Source: Octopus bimaculoides (taxonomy: Eukaryota). From it: a stretch of 64,000 nt of DNA. The translations under genes were made by a program, and so were the position numbers. Below, piece by piece: positions 12,924 to 52,576 of this stretch (position 1 is the first letter of the stretch; each line of letters starts with the position of its first letter). The DNA is taken from NCBI RefSeq assembly GCF_001194135.2, contig NC_069008.1:17892793-17956792 (forward strand), read 5' to 3'. Below the pieces are notes generated by a model, which was given only the letters and a program-made list of their open reading frames with translations, was not told the DNA's origin and ran no database searches.

Positions 12924-14257
12924 TATATATTCATATATATATGTACATATATATCTCTATAGTAATGTTTCACTTTATGAGGACCTGCTTTACGAGACCC
13001 CAGGTTTACAAGTTTTATTTGTCAGCTCACCTTTGTTTGGTAAGCTGAAATTTTTTAGGCACCAGATCCAAATTTTGAATGAAGTGCAAAAGTTTTTGCT
13101 GCCAGAACAAATGCTTCTGTGTGTTACTGAGAAATTTAGAGAGAGAGCAAAGAAAAAGCAAAAGCTTCTTCATAGCAAACAACCCTAGACTTGTTTTTTT
13201 AAAAGAAATCTACAAGTCTGTCTATGAGTGCTTGTGAATCAGGGATCGCATCTACAAGTGTGTGAGTCTAGTGCGAGTGAAAATAATTCAGAAAACGATT
13301 ATAATATTATTTTGTATTACAAATGTGCATCTGTGTGTGTAAGTGTGTGTTTGGATCTGTGTATGTTTTGGGATGTGTATGCTCTTGTGCGTGTCAGTGA
13401 ACAATAATAATCCTTTCAGGCCAGTAAGTTTAAGGAGAGGGGACTTGGTACTACATTGGAACTTTATTCTATTGACCCCAGAAGGATGAAAGATATAGTC
13501 GACCCCAGCAGGATTTGAAACCAGGACCGAAGCAGTGAAAACAAATGCCAGAAGGCAGTTTGTTCAATGTTGTAACAAGTCTGCTAATTCTTCACCGATA
13601 ATAAGACTTGTAGCTGCAGTCTAAAACTTAATTATGATGTCATCTGTGATGGATGACTTGTAACTCGAGAAATTACAAGATGCCACTCGTTTGGCTTCAA
13701 ATGTACGATTCATACAGAGTGCGGCAAAATGTCCCTACATTTTACCGTTCGACAAACGTTTCAAACTTTGAAAAATCTAAATTATATTCTAGCACAAGCC
13801 AAAGTGGTTAATTAAGACAAAATGGTAAAACATTAGCTATACGAAAATACTGTTATTCTTTGCTTAACTTTACCATTGTTATAATAATGGCTCTGTAAAA
13901 TATGGGAAGTTTTTCTGCCACAAACTGTATAAGATACTTTTCAAGTTGTTTGGATTTGTTTTTCATTGGTTCCTTGCCATTTCGTTTTCTTTTTCTTCTC
14001 TTTTCCTCTTTTTCTTGTTTTTTATTTGTTTCTTTTCCTTGCACCCCCTCACACACACACCACACACATACAGAAGCACTCACATATGTATATAGGTGCA
14101 GGCATGGTTGTGTGGTAAGTAACTTGCTTCCCAACCACATCATTCCAAGTTCAGTCCTACTGCGTAGCATCTTGGGCAAGTGTCTTCTACTATAGCCTCT
14201 GGCTGACCAAAACCATGTGAATGGATTTGGTAGATGGAAACTGAAAGAATCCTGTCC

Positions 14258-14356
<99 letters not shown>

Positions 14357-14874
14357 GCAAATGCCAAAATGAATTTCTGTGTGTCAGTGTGTCACACTTT
14401 GACCCCCACCTCTCACAATTCAATGACACTTCTTCTACTCCTCTTACAGAGGTAAAAGTAATAGTGGGCATAGAGACGGTGGTGAGGGCGGTAGTAGGTT
14501 GACGGTTGTGATGGTAATGGCGTGATAGTAAGAGTATGAGCTGAAGTTGTGATAGAGGCGGAGGTGACGATGGTGGTGGCAGTTTTATAACATTCGTACA
14601 GTGAACAGAAGTTTCATGTAAGTTTGGTGATGCCTATAATCATCAGATGTACATACTTAGCACATCAGATGCTTATAAGTCCTGTGAATGTTTAGCTCCG
14701 ATGTTGGATAATAACACTCATGGGAAAAAAGCCAGGATGGTCACAGATGGAAAGTCTTTGATCATAGGTCTGTTCAATCAGGTCTGTCTCAGGGCTAAAG
14801 AGCAATTATAACTAAATCAACATGATAGAAGGGAAACAAAATGATTTATCTTTTCACTTTTCCATTTCTTACAG

Positions 14875-42939
<28,065 letters not shown>

Positions 42940-44901
42940 TATGTTTAGTATCAAATTTCTATTGCTGTTTTCAGAATGTGGGTCACTTCTGTTCCCTAGA
43001 GAGAAATTTATTCTGTCTTAAATGTAGAAAAAAATCTCAGATTAATGATAGGGATAATGAGAGATGAAAACGAGATCTGGGCTTCTGTTTGAAAACTTAG
43101 CCTTTTTTTGTTTATTTTTGCACTGAACTCCATTTCCAAAATGGCAATGTGGTGCACTAAGTGGCTTGCAAGGAAGTGGCCATTGTTGTACACACTCACA
43201 CATACGTGTGTGGCTGTGAGTGTGAATACGTAGGTTTCAGAGCAAAGTTTTAGCTGAAATCTACACGTATTGAGTTCTACATCTGGTTATTAGTCTCACA
43301 ATACCTAAGCAAAATATGTGAATATCTAAACAAATATAAACATCATCATGCATTATATATATTTCTTTAAATATTTTTAATATACCCAGGCCAATTCCCC
43401 ATTTTTTTAGGAGGGGGTGGCCACAACAAGACACACACCAAGCATTCCATTCATTTCCCAGCTCAAAGAGGCAAGTCCCATTCTATGCTCGGGTCAAGGC
43501 ATAGAACACAACCCTCAATATCAGTAGCGCGGCCCGACAGCATATGTTGGTTTACCCCTGCTGCATCAGTCCCTCCGTGGGAGCAAAGGGACTGGGAATC
43601 CACTCCTAGTAATTTCATATTCCTGAAAAGACAACAACAATGCATTATATATATATATATATATATGGTTCCGGGTTCAATCCCACTCCAGCTGGCCATC
43701 TCCTGTCAAACTGTCCAACCCATACCAGCATGGAACACGGACGTTAAAAGATGATGATGATGATATATATATGCACATTATTTACACACCAGACTTGATG
43801 GCATAGAAGACATTCTTTTTACCTAAAAAAAATCTCAAAAATATTTCCCTGGGTCCTCTATGCGAAGCTGGGCCTCTCATAAGCTGAAGCTGTTGTGTGT
43901 CTAACATACCTTTGTGTCTTTTATGCCATTAGATAAGTGGCAATGGATGTGGTATGTGTACAGCAAAATTACTGTATTGGCTTCAGCTCTTGAGAGTATC
44001 CATGTGAAATTCTTGCTGCTTTGTGATTCAATATGGTTCTCTGCAACCAGCAGAGGTGGATTATATATATACAATACAATGAGCACGCCAATTATGAGAA
44101 AAAAAACCAAACAAAATCATGAAACATAAATTTGGTATTCATTCATTTCATCTGTTACACATGTTTCTGCAGTCGACCCTGTCCAAAAATGTGATCAGTA
44201 TGAATTAAATGCTCTTTGTCCATTACATTTAAAACTGCATTTATAATTTTTCCATCATCAATCGTTTCACACAGAAACGTGTAACCGATGAAATAAAAGA
44301 ACACCAAATTCATGCTTCATGTTTTTCTCTCATAACACACACACACACACATACACACATGATCCCTTTCAGAACAATGAATCTTGAAGTGGATAAAGTT
44401 ATAAATAATAAATATTGGGTTAAAAAAAACTCTTTAAATAGAAAAGTCAAAGGCCGCCCATGGTAGATTGCCAGTCATGTTTACAAGGGCTGTGGGTATC
44501 TACTTCAGAGACAGCCTTCCTTTTTTTTCCAATCCGAAGAGAATTTTAACACAGTATTTACATGCTGTTATATATAGCTCTATGTGCTTCAAGACTCAAT
44601 GCTCCAAAGAAAAATTATTTCACATTCTCTTGAGATTTCAAAATTCTTATGGCATTAATATACTTACACGTATTTTTGTTATATATACACAATACATACA
44701 CTGGTGTGTTTTTATAAACACATTTATACATTTACTTATACACACAAACACGCACACACCTGTGTGCTTTCCTTTTTCCTTCTTTGTTTCTTGTTTTTTT
44801 TTTTTACACATTTAAAGAGAATCCTCAGAAAACTGAATTTTGTTGTTGTACGTGTTGTTGTATGATTTATTTGTGTCTTTGCTGTTCCCTTCCCCCGCCT
44901 T

Positions 44902-46674
44902 TTAATCCACTTCAGGGTAGGGGATAGGCATAAAAAGTTGGTGAGGAGTAAGGTCTTTGGGGTAGCAGGATAACACCTGTGACCATTCTGTCTGTAGGTC
45001 GTAGGGGGTGTGTCCATGTGAGGTGAGCACATAATTTCGGAAGAGACAGCTGTCGAAGGGTACCAGCATGTTGCTGAAACCCTGAATGTTCACCGGGTAG
45101 ATGTTAAATTTTTCCAGGCAGAGGGCGACATAGACATCTTCCAAGTAAAAGAAACCAATTACCAGTGACATGTTGATGATATTCTTAACAAGGTCCTGAC
45201 TCATTATGTAGCCGGTGCCTGAGCACATTGGTGGGAACGTGGCACTCGGGTACATCTCGTAGGGGACATACCACTTTGAGCTACTGTCCCGATGTGGGGT
45301 GGACACACCCCAACAATAACCACCGAGGAACCTCGATTTCGGAGATGCTAGTAACATCTTTGTGATGAGCGGCGTGTTCACATACATGTCGTCATCTGTT
45401 TTCATGACGTATTTAGCATTTGAGCAGAACGTGTTGACCCAGTGGAGGCCAGACAGGGTTTTGTACGTGAGGTTTGCGTATGCATCAACAAAATCAATTT
45501 GTACAATGTCTTGGTTTAACCAATATTCATGTTCTGCCAGTGTATTTTCGTGTGGGTTGTTGCTTTTACCCAGCAAAAACACCACTCGCACATTGCTGGA
45601 GCTTACTTGACTGATGGCACCCCATGTCTTGCGAATGGCGTTGCGAGACTCCTGATTACTTGGTGGAGACTCCACAAGAATCACCAGCCGCACGTCTGTG
45701 TGGCAAATGTCCTCGACGTTCAGGTCGTACTGGAAGCCTGACGACAAACAGTCTTGACATAACTTACCCGTTAAAATGTGATCAGGAGGATCCATCGCTG
45801 CCCTCGATAAAGCATCCTCGAGATTATTCCGGCTGGCGAGAGCTTTTTTACGCTCCACTGGTGCATGGAAATTGTGAATGTCTTCGACGAACACACCCGA
45901 CAATCGGTTAGGATTTTGTTGTTGTGAGGGTTTCGACGAAACGCTCGGGGAATTTAGTTTCTGTTTCAAGCTTTTCAAATTATTCAAAGACTGTCGGAAT
46001 TTCTCCGCCGAAACTAGCAAAGAGCTGCTGTCGTTGTTATTATTTCTGTAATTGTTGTTTGATGAACCTAAATTGTTGGATTGCTTTGGAAGAAACTGAA
46101 GTTTGTTGTTAGCATTGTCCTTGTACTTATTGCCGACAACAGAACTGGAGTTTGAACTCTTGTCAATAGATTTAACATGTTTTGTATCAATACTGTTGTT
46201 GTTGTTGTTGTTGTTGGTATTGTTGTGATTGCTAGTATTAACATGTGTGTTAGAATACTTATTTAGATGATGTATTAATTTATTTTTGAGCAGGCTTCCC
46301 TGTTTGTTCTCACTGTTACTGCCAGACTCGGCACTCGACACCGATTCTATGTGTTCTTTCAATTTGGTGTTGGTTTTTGTCTTGTGAGCGTCTTTGGCTA
46401 GGATAGCATCCTGATGCTGGTGAGCCAGGTTCCGCATGATAGTTCGTTGGGTCTTGTTGTGTACGATGCGCAGGTAATTCTCTAAGGAAGTCAATGGGAT
46501 GTTAAGGGTGTCCGATTTAGAGAGCCGGTCAACCGTACCAAGACGGTCCCCTTCTCGTATCGGTTGGTGTGGCGTCTGTCGAAACAGCTGCCAAGAAAAG
46601 ATGCAGACAATGACACTGAGAAGAAGACAAATGGCAAAGAAATATCCTTTCGTCCGCTGTAACCGTGACAACAT
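44902..46674 (-). CDS. Beta-1,3-galactosyltransferase-like type II membrane glycosyltransferase (GT31, Galactosyl_T); CDS in one uninterrupted ORF, 590 aa
   Basis: First ATG at 46674 (the track begins at an upstream TTG). Short cytosolic tail, TM anchor YFFAICLLLSVIVCIFSWQLF, long stem, then GT31 motifs RNAIRKTWG, VVFLLG, DIVQIDF.D.Y.NLTYKT, KTDDDMYV (DxD), SKWYVP, FPP.CSGTGY and EDVYV. Exact orthologue (B3GALT1/5, B3GNT, brainiac) not resolvable by eye. Confidence 0.95.
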   Translation of the reverse strand: MLSRLQRTKGYFFAICLLLSVIVCIFSWQLFRQTPHQPIREGDRLGTVDRLSKSDTLNIPLTSLENYLRIVHNKTQRTIMRNLAHQHQDAILAKDAHKTKTNTKLKEHIESVSSAESGSNSENKQGSLLKNKLIHHLNKYSNTHVNTSNHNNTNNNNNNNSIDTKHVKSIDKSSNSSSVVGNKYKDNANNKLQFLPKQSNNLGSSNNNYRNNNNDSSSLLVSAEKFRQSLNNLKSLKQKLNSPSVSSKPSQQQNPNRLSGVFVEDIHNFHAPVERKKALASRNNLEDALSRAAMDPPDHILTGKLCQDCLSSGFQYDLNVEDICHTDVRLVILVESPPSNQESRNAIRKTWGAISQVSSSNVRVVFLLGKSNNPHENTLAEHEYWLNQDIVQIDFVDAYANLTYKTLSGLHWVNTFCSNAKYVMKTDDDMYVNTPLITKMLLASPKSRFLGGYCWGVSTPHRDSSSKWYVPYEMYPSATFPPMCSGTGYIMSQDLVKNIINMSLVIGFFYLEDVYVALCLEKFNIYPVNIQGFSNMLVPFDSCLFRNYVLTSHGHTPYDLQTEWSQVLSCYPKDLTPHQLFMPIPYPEVD

Positions 46675-47559
46675 ATTTGTTGTGTGGTTCGTCAGGGAGG
46701 GGAGGAAAAAAAATATACGGCAGACATGCAGTTGGAATTTGAATGGGTCAAGCAAGACCAGTGGAGGGGGGTCAGGAAGAGAGAGAGTCAGACATGTAGA
46801 GTGAAGTGGGTATTTTAAGGGGTCTCAAGAGGGATTGACAATTTCAAGGGGTCAAGACAGACTGGGAGTGTAGTGGTGTGAGGGATTGTGTTTTGGGGGA
46901 GAGACAAACATAAGGGGGCTATTTTAGAGGGGTTAAAAACCTGAGAAAGGGAATGTTGGTGAGAGGGAAAGAAAGCGATTGAGTGAAGTGAAGAAAATTG
47001 AAGAAGGGGTATTAGAAAAGATGTAAGCAAATATGGGAAGGGTCAACTAGTTTTTGAAGGTGGGGGTAGTTTCCTCTCAAGGTGTTGGGTTGTACTCTGA
47101 GTACTTTTCTGTTTGTGATGGTGGTGGTGAAAAAAGTGATGGGGGTAGTGACAAAGTAGGAATGAATGAAGATCAAGGATCAATTTCTTTAGCCTGGACC
47201 CTTCAGGGCAGCACTCAAGTAATATTATTATTATTATTATTAATAAGCACTAATTTATGTCAGGAGTTGAGGGTGGACAAGTGGTCGGTCATCGGTCTTC
47301 CAAATTCTGCTGTTTTTGTTGGTGCCTTGTGGAACACTTCAACTGGTCAGCCACACGTAGATGTGGAACTTTGCCAAACTCCATATTCTTCATTTTCTCA
47401 ACCTAAAAAACACAAAGGGACAAAATTTAAAATAATAACAATTAATAATAATAATAATAAAGATTTGTAAAAGAAAATGAAAATATAGCTGTAATTAAGA
47501 AAAAGTTGATTAGTCGCATCACCCCCACCGATGCATAAATTCTGGCAAACGGGCAGCCG

Positions 47560-48010
47560 AATTGGATGCTTGTGTTGCAGGAACTGGTACAGGGATGCAC
47601 CAATGCCAGCATTCGAGTTTAAGAAAAGGAGAAGTTGGCAAAAAGAAGAAAGCGGAACTCGCTGCCTTCAATTTGGTTTTTGAGCCTATCCTGACTTATG
47701 GTCAAGAATGTTGGGTAAAGACCAAAACAGAAGAATCAGAAATACAAGTGGCACAAATGGGGTTTGTCTGACGGATCTCCAGGGTGTGTAGCTCAGAGAT
47801 CAGCGAGTCTGTCCAGATTGAGCCACTTCTCTGCACTGAGAGGTCACAGCCCTGGTATTGCAGATGTGTGACTAGGACGTCACAAGACAGATTCTTCAAG
47901 CCAAGCCAATCAGCAGAAGGCTGAGGGGTAAACCAAGAACGAGATGGTTGGATGATATCAAAATGTCTTTGTTGGTTGTCTTTGGGAATCCAATAGGAAT
48001 GTTTAATGAT
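47560..48010 (+). mobile_element. Degenerate RTE-clade LINE 3' fragment
   Basis: K.EL..FNLVFEPILTYGQECWVKT.....IQVAQM.F and IEPLL..ERSQ.W; frameshifted. Confidence 0.75.
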
Positions 48011-48521
48011 GGTTGTTTCTGAAATGGGGTTCCCCTCAAAGGATCTCCGGAGTAACATCATGTGGCAGGATACCCAGCTCAAAGATCAGGGTGTATGTCT
48101 AGCGGGAGCAGTTATTTCTCTGCGCTGAGGGGTCACAACTCCAGTACTGTGGACATGGGATTGGAATGTTGCAGGAAATAATCGCAAAATGGATTCTTGA
48201 AGCTGAACCAACTGGCAAGTGACCAAGAGGATCATAATAAATGAATGGCTAACTCAAGTTAATAAACAAGCAGGTCGGAGAAAACTTATCGTGCCAAAGC
48301 CATGAACAGTTACAAAGACTGACTGCAGATATATACATATATACATATATACATATAAGTAGTTGTATACTGCCAACTTAACGTGACAGTCCCAATAAGG
48401 GAATACACTACTGCTGTTTAGCCCTAGGAAGCCAGACCACTTCCTATTAGGCCTTGACACATTTCCTGTGCCCTTATCCTTATGAGGGGGAGCCAAACTC
48501 CTCCACCCAGCCTAGCCTGCA

Positions 48522-48564
48522 TTCAGAGACATGTTTCTGAGTCTTTGCTCGTCATCAGCCTGAA
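48522..48564 (-). ncRNA. Minimal type I hammerhead ribozyme motif (Penelope-type), canonical core
   Basis: Minus strand reads ttcagg-CUGAUGA-c-gag-caaaga-cuc-a-GAAAC-AU-GUC-ucugaa: 6-bp stem I, palindromic ACAUGU stem III; the closing pair of stem II is a C-A mismatch. Confidence 0.75.
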
Positions 48565-49640
48565 GTAGCATGACTGGCTAGATGAAAAAGCCTGTCTCAC
48601 TCTCGTAAGGATATACTATTTCAGTGAAATACTTGCTTGTTGTTCCTACACCTGTCTTTGTCTTTCCATAAATTTGAACTCTGACCATCATCAAGCCTAA
48701 TTGTGTTTCTCTACTTTACCAGAACTCACAATGGCTTATGAGATTGCATCTCGGATGCATGTGTATATCTCTCGTACAACTCTGTATATTGATTTGTCTG
48801 TGTGTCTGTAATTGTAAGCATTAGAACATGTCTACATGTACAGTGATATATGAGTGAATGTCCATATACACGGATATACTAATCTCAACCCTAACTTGGT
48901 GTCCCCGATTCATAATAACCTTACAGATAATTAATTAACTAATTACTTATATATATATATATCTGTGTGTGCGCTTGTGTAACTATTGATGTCAACAGTT
49001 GATGGAAGTCCTAGGCAAAGACACAAACAGTGACAACAATAAAAAACAACCAATACATGTTCAGACTATTTTTAAGACAATGAGAGAGCACACAATAGAT
49101 TATCAGCAGCAGGGTATCGATAATGGTACAGATCAAAAGTAGAATATTGATTGGTTGAGTTGAGTTTTAATAAATGAGATAATGCCATGAAGATTTTTTT
49201 TTTCCCCAATTGAAGAAAAAAAAATTGAATTCCAATAATAGCTACCAATCAGTTTTATTAGATGTTGTCCAAACAGCCATCAATTTAAATCTGCCAGGGA
49301 TGGGTTTATATCTTCACCCATTATTCGTTTTGTCAGAGAATAATAAAAGTTTTAGGTTTTTGATTAATGGGAGTTTACAGGTTGTTACATTTATTGAAAT
49401 CTTACCACTCCAGCATGGCCACAACCTTAGAGTTGAAGTGTATAAAAGAATTGAAGAAAGGTGAACTGGCAGAATCATTAGCACACCAGTCAAAATGCCC
49501 AGTGGCCATTTCATCCGTCTTTATGTTCCGAGTTCAAATTCTGCCAAGGTTGACTGCCTTTCATCCCTTCAGGGACCAATATAATGGAGTCATCCCGACC
49601 TCCACAGTCATTCTTATACAACAGATACAGTCTTACACTC

Positions 49641-49681
<41 letters not shown>

Positions 49682-49859
49682 CATTCATTTGTACACATAT
49701 ATACACATGCACACACGTACACATTTAATATATGCTTATACATACAAATACTACACATGTATATAGTCACATACTTGAGAAAGTGGGGGGGGGGGAATAA
49801 ATACAAAAAATATACAAGAAATGTCAAGACATATGAATGGCTTGTACATGGACATAATA

Positions 49860-50780
49860 CAAAAAGCAGGTTCGATCTTAGCATAACGATACCATCCTGA
49901 TGGTTGTCAAATTCCTAGATGTATCTTTAGATTTAAATAAGAATATTTACAAACTCTATAGAAAGCATAACAATAGAGTTAGTTATATTAATGTAGGTTC
50001 GTGCCTACCCTCCATAGTGTTTAAGAATATAGTTAAAAATATTAGGAGAATTTCTAGCCTCTCCTCTGATATAATAATAATGTTGCCCCAATATATAATA
50101 AAGTTCTTAAAGATTGTGGCTTTAGAGAGTAAATAACTTATGTACCTGGTATTCGTCCAGAAATAAAGAAAAGAAAACAACGGGAATAGGAAAATTATCT
50201 GGTTCACAACTGCTTAATCTTCTGAAGTGACCTTTAAGATTAGTATATATTTCTTATCACTTCGACACTTCCCAAGAAAACAAATACAGGAAGCTCTTCG
50301 ATAGGCAAAACCTAAAACTTAGTTTTAGTTCAACCACAAATTTTAAAAATATAATTACACACAACACAAAAAAAGCAACAACATGAAGCTGGCTGTTCTA
50401 GCAGAGATTAAGACTTGTGCCCGCTAAATGGAGCTTGCATGACCGAGACCATCATTTATGAAGCCACCGTATATACCACGACCGCTAAGGACACAGTTTC
50501 GTCCAAGAAATATGTGGGTTTCATAGAGGGAAATTTTAAAGCTAGGTTCAACAATCACACCTTAAGGTTCAGACACTGGGATAAAAGAAGAACAATCAAA
50601 TTATCCAGTTATATATGGTCCTTAAAAGAAGAAGGTGTCAGTTATAAGATTCACTGGAAGATCTTGGCCAAGTGTAAACCTTACACCAATGGCAGTGGAA
50701 AGTACGCTCGTTGCGATATGGAAAGATGGCTCACCTGGAAAAGTTTTTTTGACCCCGCTACATGTCTAAATTCCATATTT
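49860..50780 (+). mobile_element. Penelope-like element fragment: RT C-terminus plus C-terminal GIY-YIG (pseudogenised)
   Basis: VKFLDVSLDL...Y..YRK.N....YIN..S..PS, RKIIWF, HFP, LKLSFS, GC..R...CPLNGAC..IIYEATV...KKYVG..EGNFK.RFNNH...F and LSSYIWSLKE. Confidence 0.85.
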
Positions 50781-50804
50781 TGCCATATGTGGATCATGTC
50801 CACA

Positions 50805-50984
50805 TAGGCGCGGGAGTGGCTGTGTGGTAAGTAGCTTGCTTACCAACCATATGGTTCCGGGTTCAGTCCCACTGCGTGGCATCTTGGGCAAGTGTCTTCT
50901 ACTATAGCCTCGGGTCGATTAAAGCTTTGTGAGTGGATTTGGTAGACAGAAACTGAAAGATGCCCATCGTATATATGTATATGC

Positions 50985-51021
<37 letters not shown>

Positions 51022-51210
51022 TGTGTCCCTAGCATTGCTTGACAACCGATGCTGGTGTGTGTTTATGTCCCCGTCACTTAGCGGTTCAGCAAAAGTGACT
51101 GATAGAATAAGTACTAGGCTTACAAAGAATAAGTTCCGGGGTCGATTTGGTTGACTAAAGGTGGTGCTCCAGCAGGGCCGCGGTCAAATGACTGAAACAA
51201 GTAAAAGAGT
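50805..51210 (+). mobile_element. SINE family A, full length, truncating the Penelope-like fragment
   Basis: Near-identical to the 40127 copy, with an internal (TG)n. Confidence 0.9.
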
Positions 51211-51494
51211 ATATATATATATATATATATAAGCACCATCCGAATGTGGCCAATGTCAGTAACCCCTGACTGGCTCCTGTGTCAGTGGCATGTAAAAAGC
51301 ACCCACTGCATTCTCGGAGTGGTTGGGGTTATGAAGGGCATCCAACTGTAGGAACATTGCCAGATCAGACTGGGGCCTGGTGCAGCCTTCTGGCTTGCCA
51401 GTCATTCAATCAAACCGCCCAACCCATGCCAGCATGGAAAACGGACGTTAAACAATGATGATGATGATGATGATATATATATTTATATTTGCTG

Positions 51495-51529
<35 letters not shown>

Positions 51530-52521
51530 CTATAGCATTTGTTCTGCTGCTGCTGCTACTACCACCAACACCACCAGCAGAAATACAAAATAAAAAAAGA
51601 AGCTTCCCGTAAACAGTGGCAGTCTACTAATAACAGAGTATTCTGTGCCAGACCCATCGCACTTTTGCCCCCTCTCCCATGCTCCTGCGCCACCCTCTGC
51701 CACCCTCCTAACACCCATGTCTGCAGATGGGTGGTGGTGGTGAGGGGAGGAAGAGCAATGGACAGCTGTTGACAATATGCGCAGGGTATATTTAACAAAC
51801 TGCCCCCACCCTCATCACCACCAGTGTGTACACGTATGTGTGTGTGTGTGTGTGTGTGTGTTCTTTTACTGGTTTCAGTCATTTGACTGNNNNNNNNNNN
51901 NNNNNNNNNNNNNNNNNNNNNNNNNNNNNNNNNNNNNNNNNNNNNNNNNNNNNNNNNNNNNNNNNNNNNNNNNNNNNNNNNNNNNNNNNNNNNNNNNNNN
52001 NNNNNNNNNNNNNNNNNNNNNNNNNNNNNNNNNNNNNNNNNNNNNNNNNNNNNNNNNNNNNNNNNNNNNNNNNNNNNNNNNNNNNNNNNNNNNNNNNNNN
52101 NNNNNNNNNNNNNNNNNNNNNNNNNNNNNNNNNNNNNNNNNNNNNNNNNNNNNNNNNNNNNNNNNNNNNNNNNNNNNNNNNNNNNNNNNNNNNNNNNNNN
52201 NNNNNNNNNNNNNNNNNNNNNNNNNNNNNNNNNNNNNNNNNNNNNNNNNNNNNNNNNNNNNNNNNNNNNNNNNNNNNNNNNNNNNNNNNNNNNNNNNNNN
52301 NNNNNNNNNNNNNNNNNNNNNNNNNNNNNNNNNNNNNNNNNNNNNNNNNNNNNNNNNNNNNNNNNNNNNNNNNNNNNNNNNNNNNNNNNNNNNNNNNNNN
52401 NNNNNNNNNNNNNNNNNNNNNNNNNNNNNNNNNNNNNNNNNNNNNNNNNNNNNNNNNNNNNNNNNNNNATGGGCTTCTTTCAATTTCCATTGACCAAATC
52501 CACTCACAAGACTCTGGTTAG

Positions 52522-52576
52522 CCGAAGTGAGACCGAAGTGAGACCGAAGTGAGACCGAAGTGAGACCGAAGTGAGA
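52522..52576. repeat. Minisatellite (CCGAAGTGAGA)x5
   Basis: Five perfect 11-bp units at the 5' end of a family B SINE. Confidence 0.95.

Noticed and set aside
12961-13188. + strand open frame SNVSLYEDLL...
   Set aside because: No similarity to WDR49 and no convincing exon boundaries; the - strand splice signals are better.
46675-46755. 27-aa N-terminal extension of the glycosyltransferase in the ORF track
   Set aside because: It starts at TTG; the first ATG at 46674 already gives a normal type II membrane topology.
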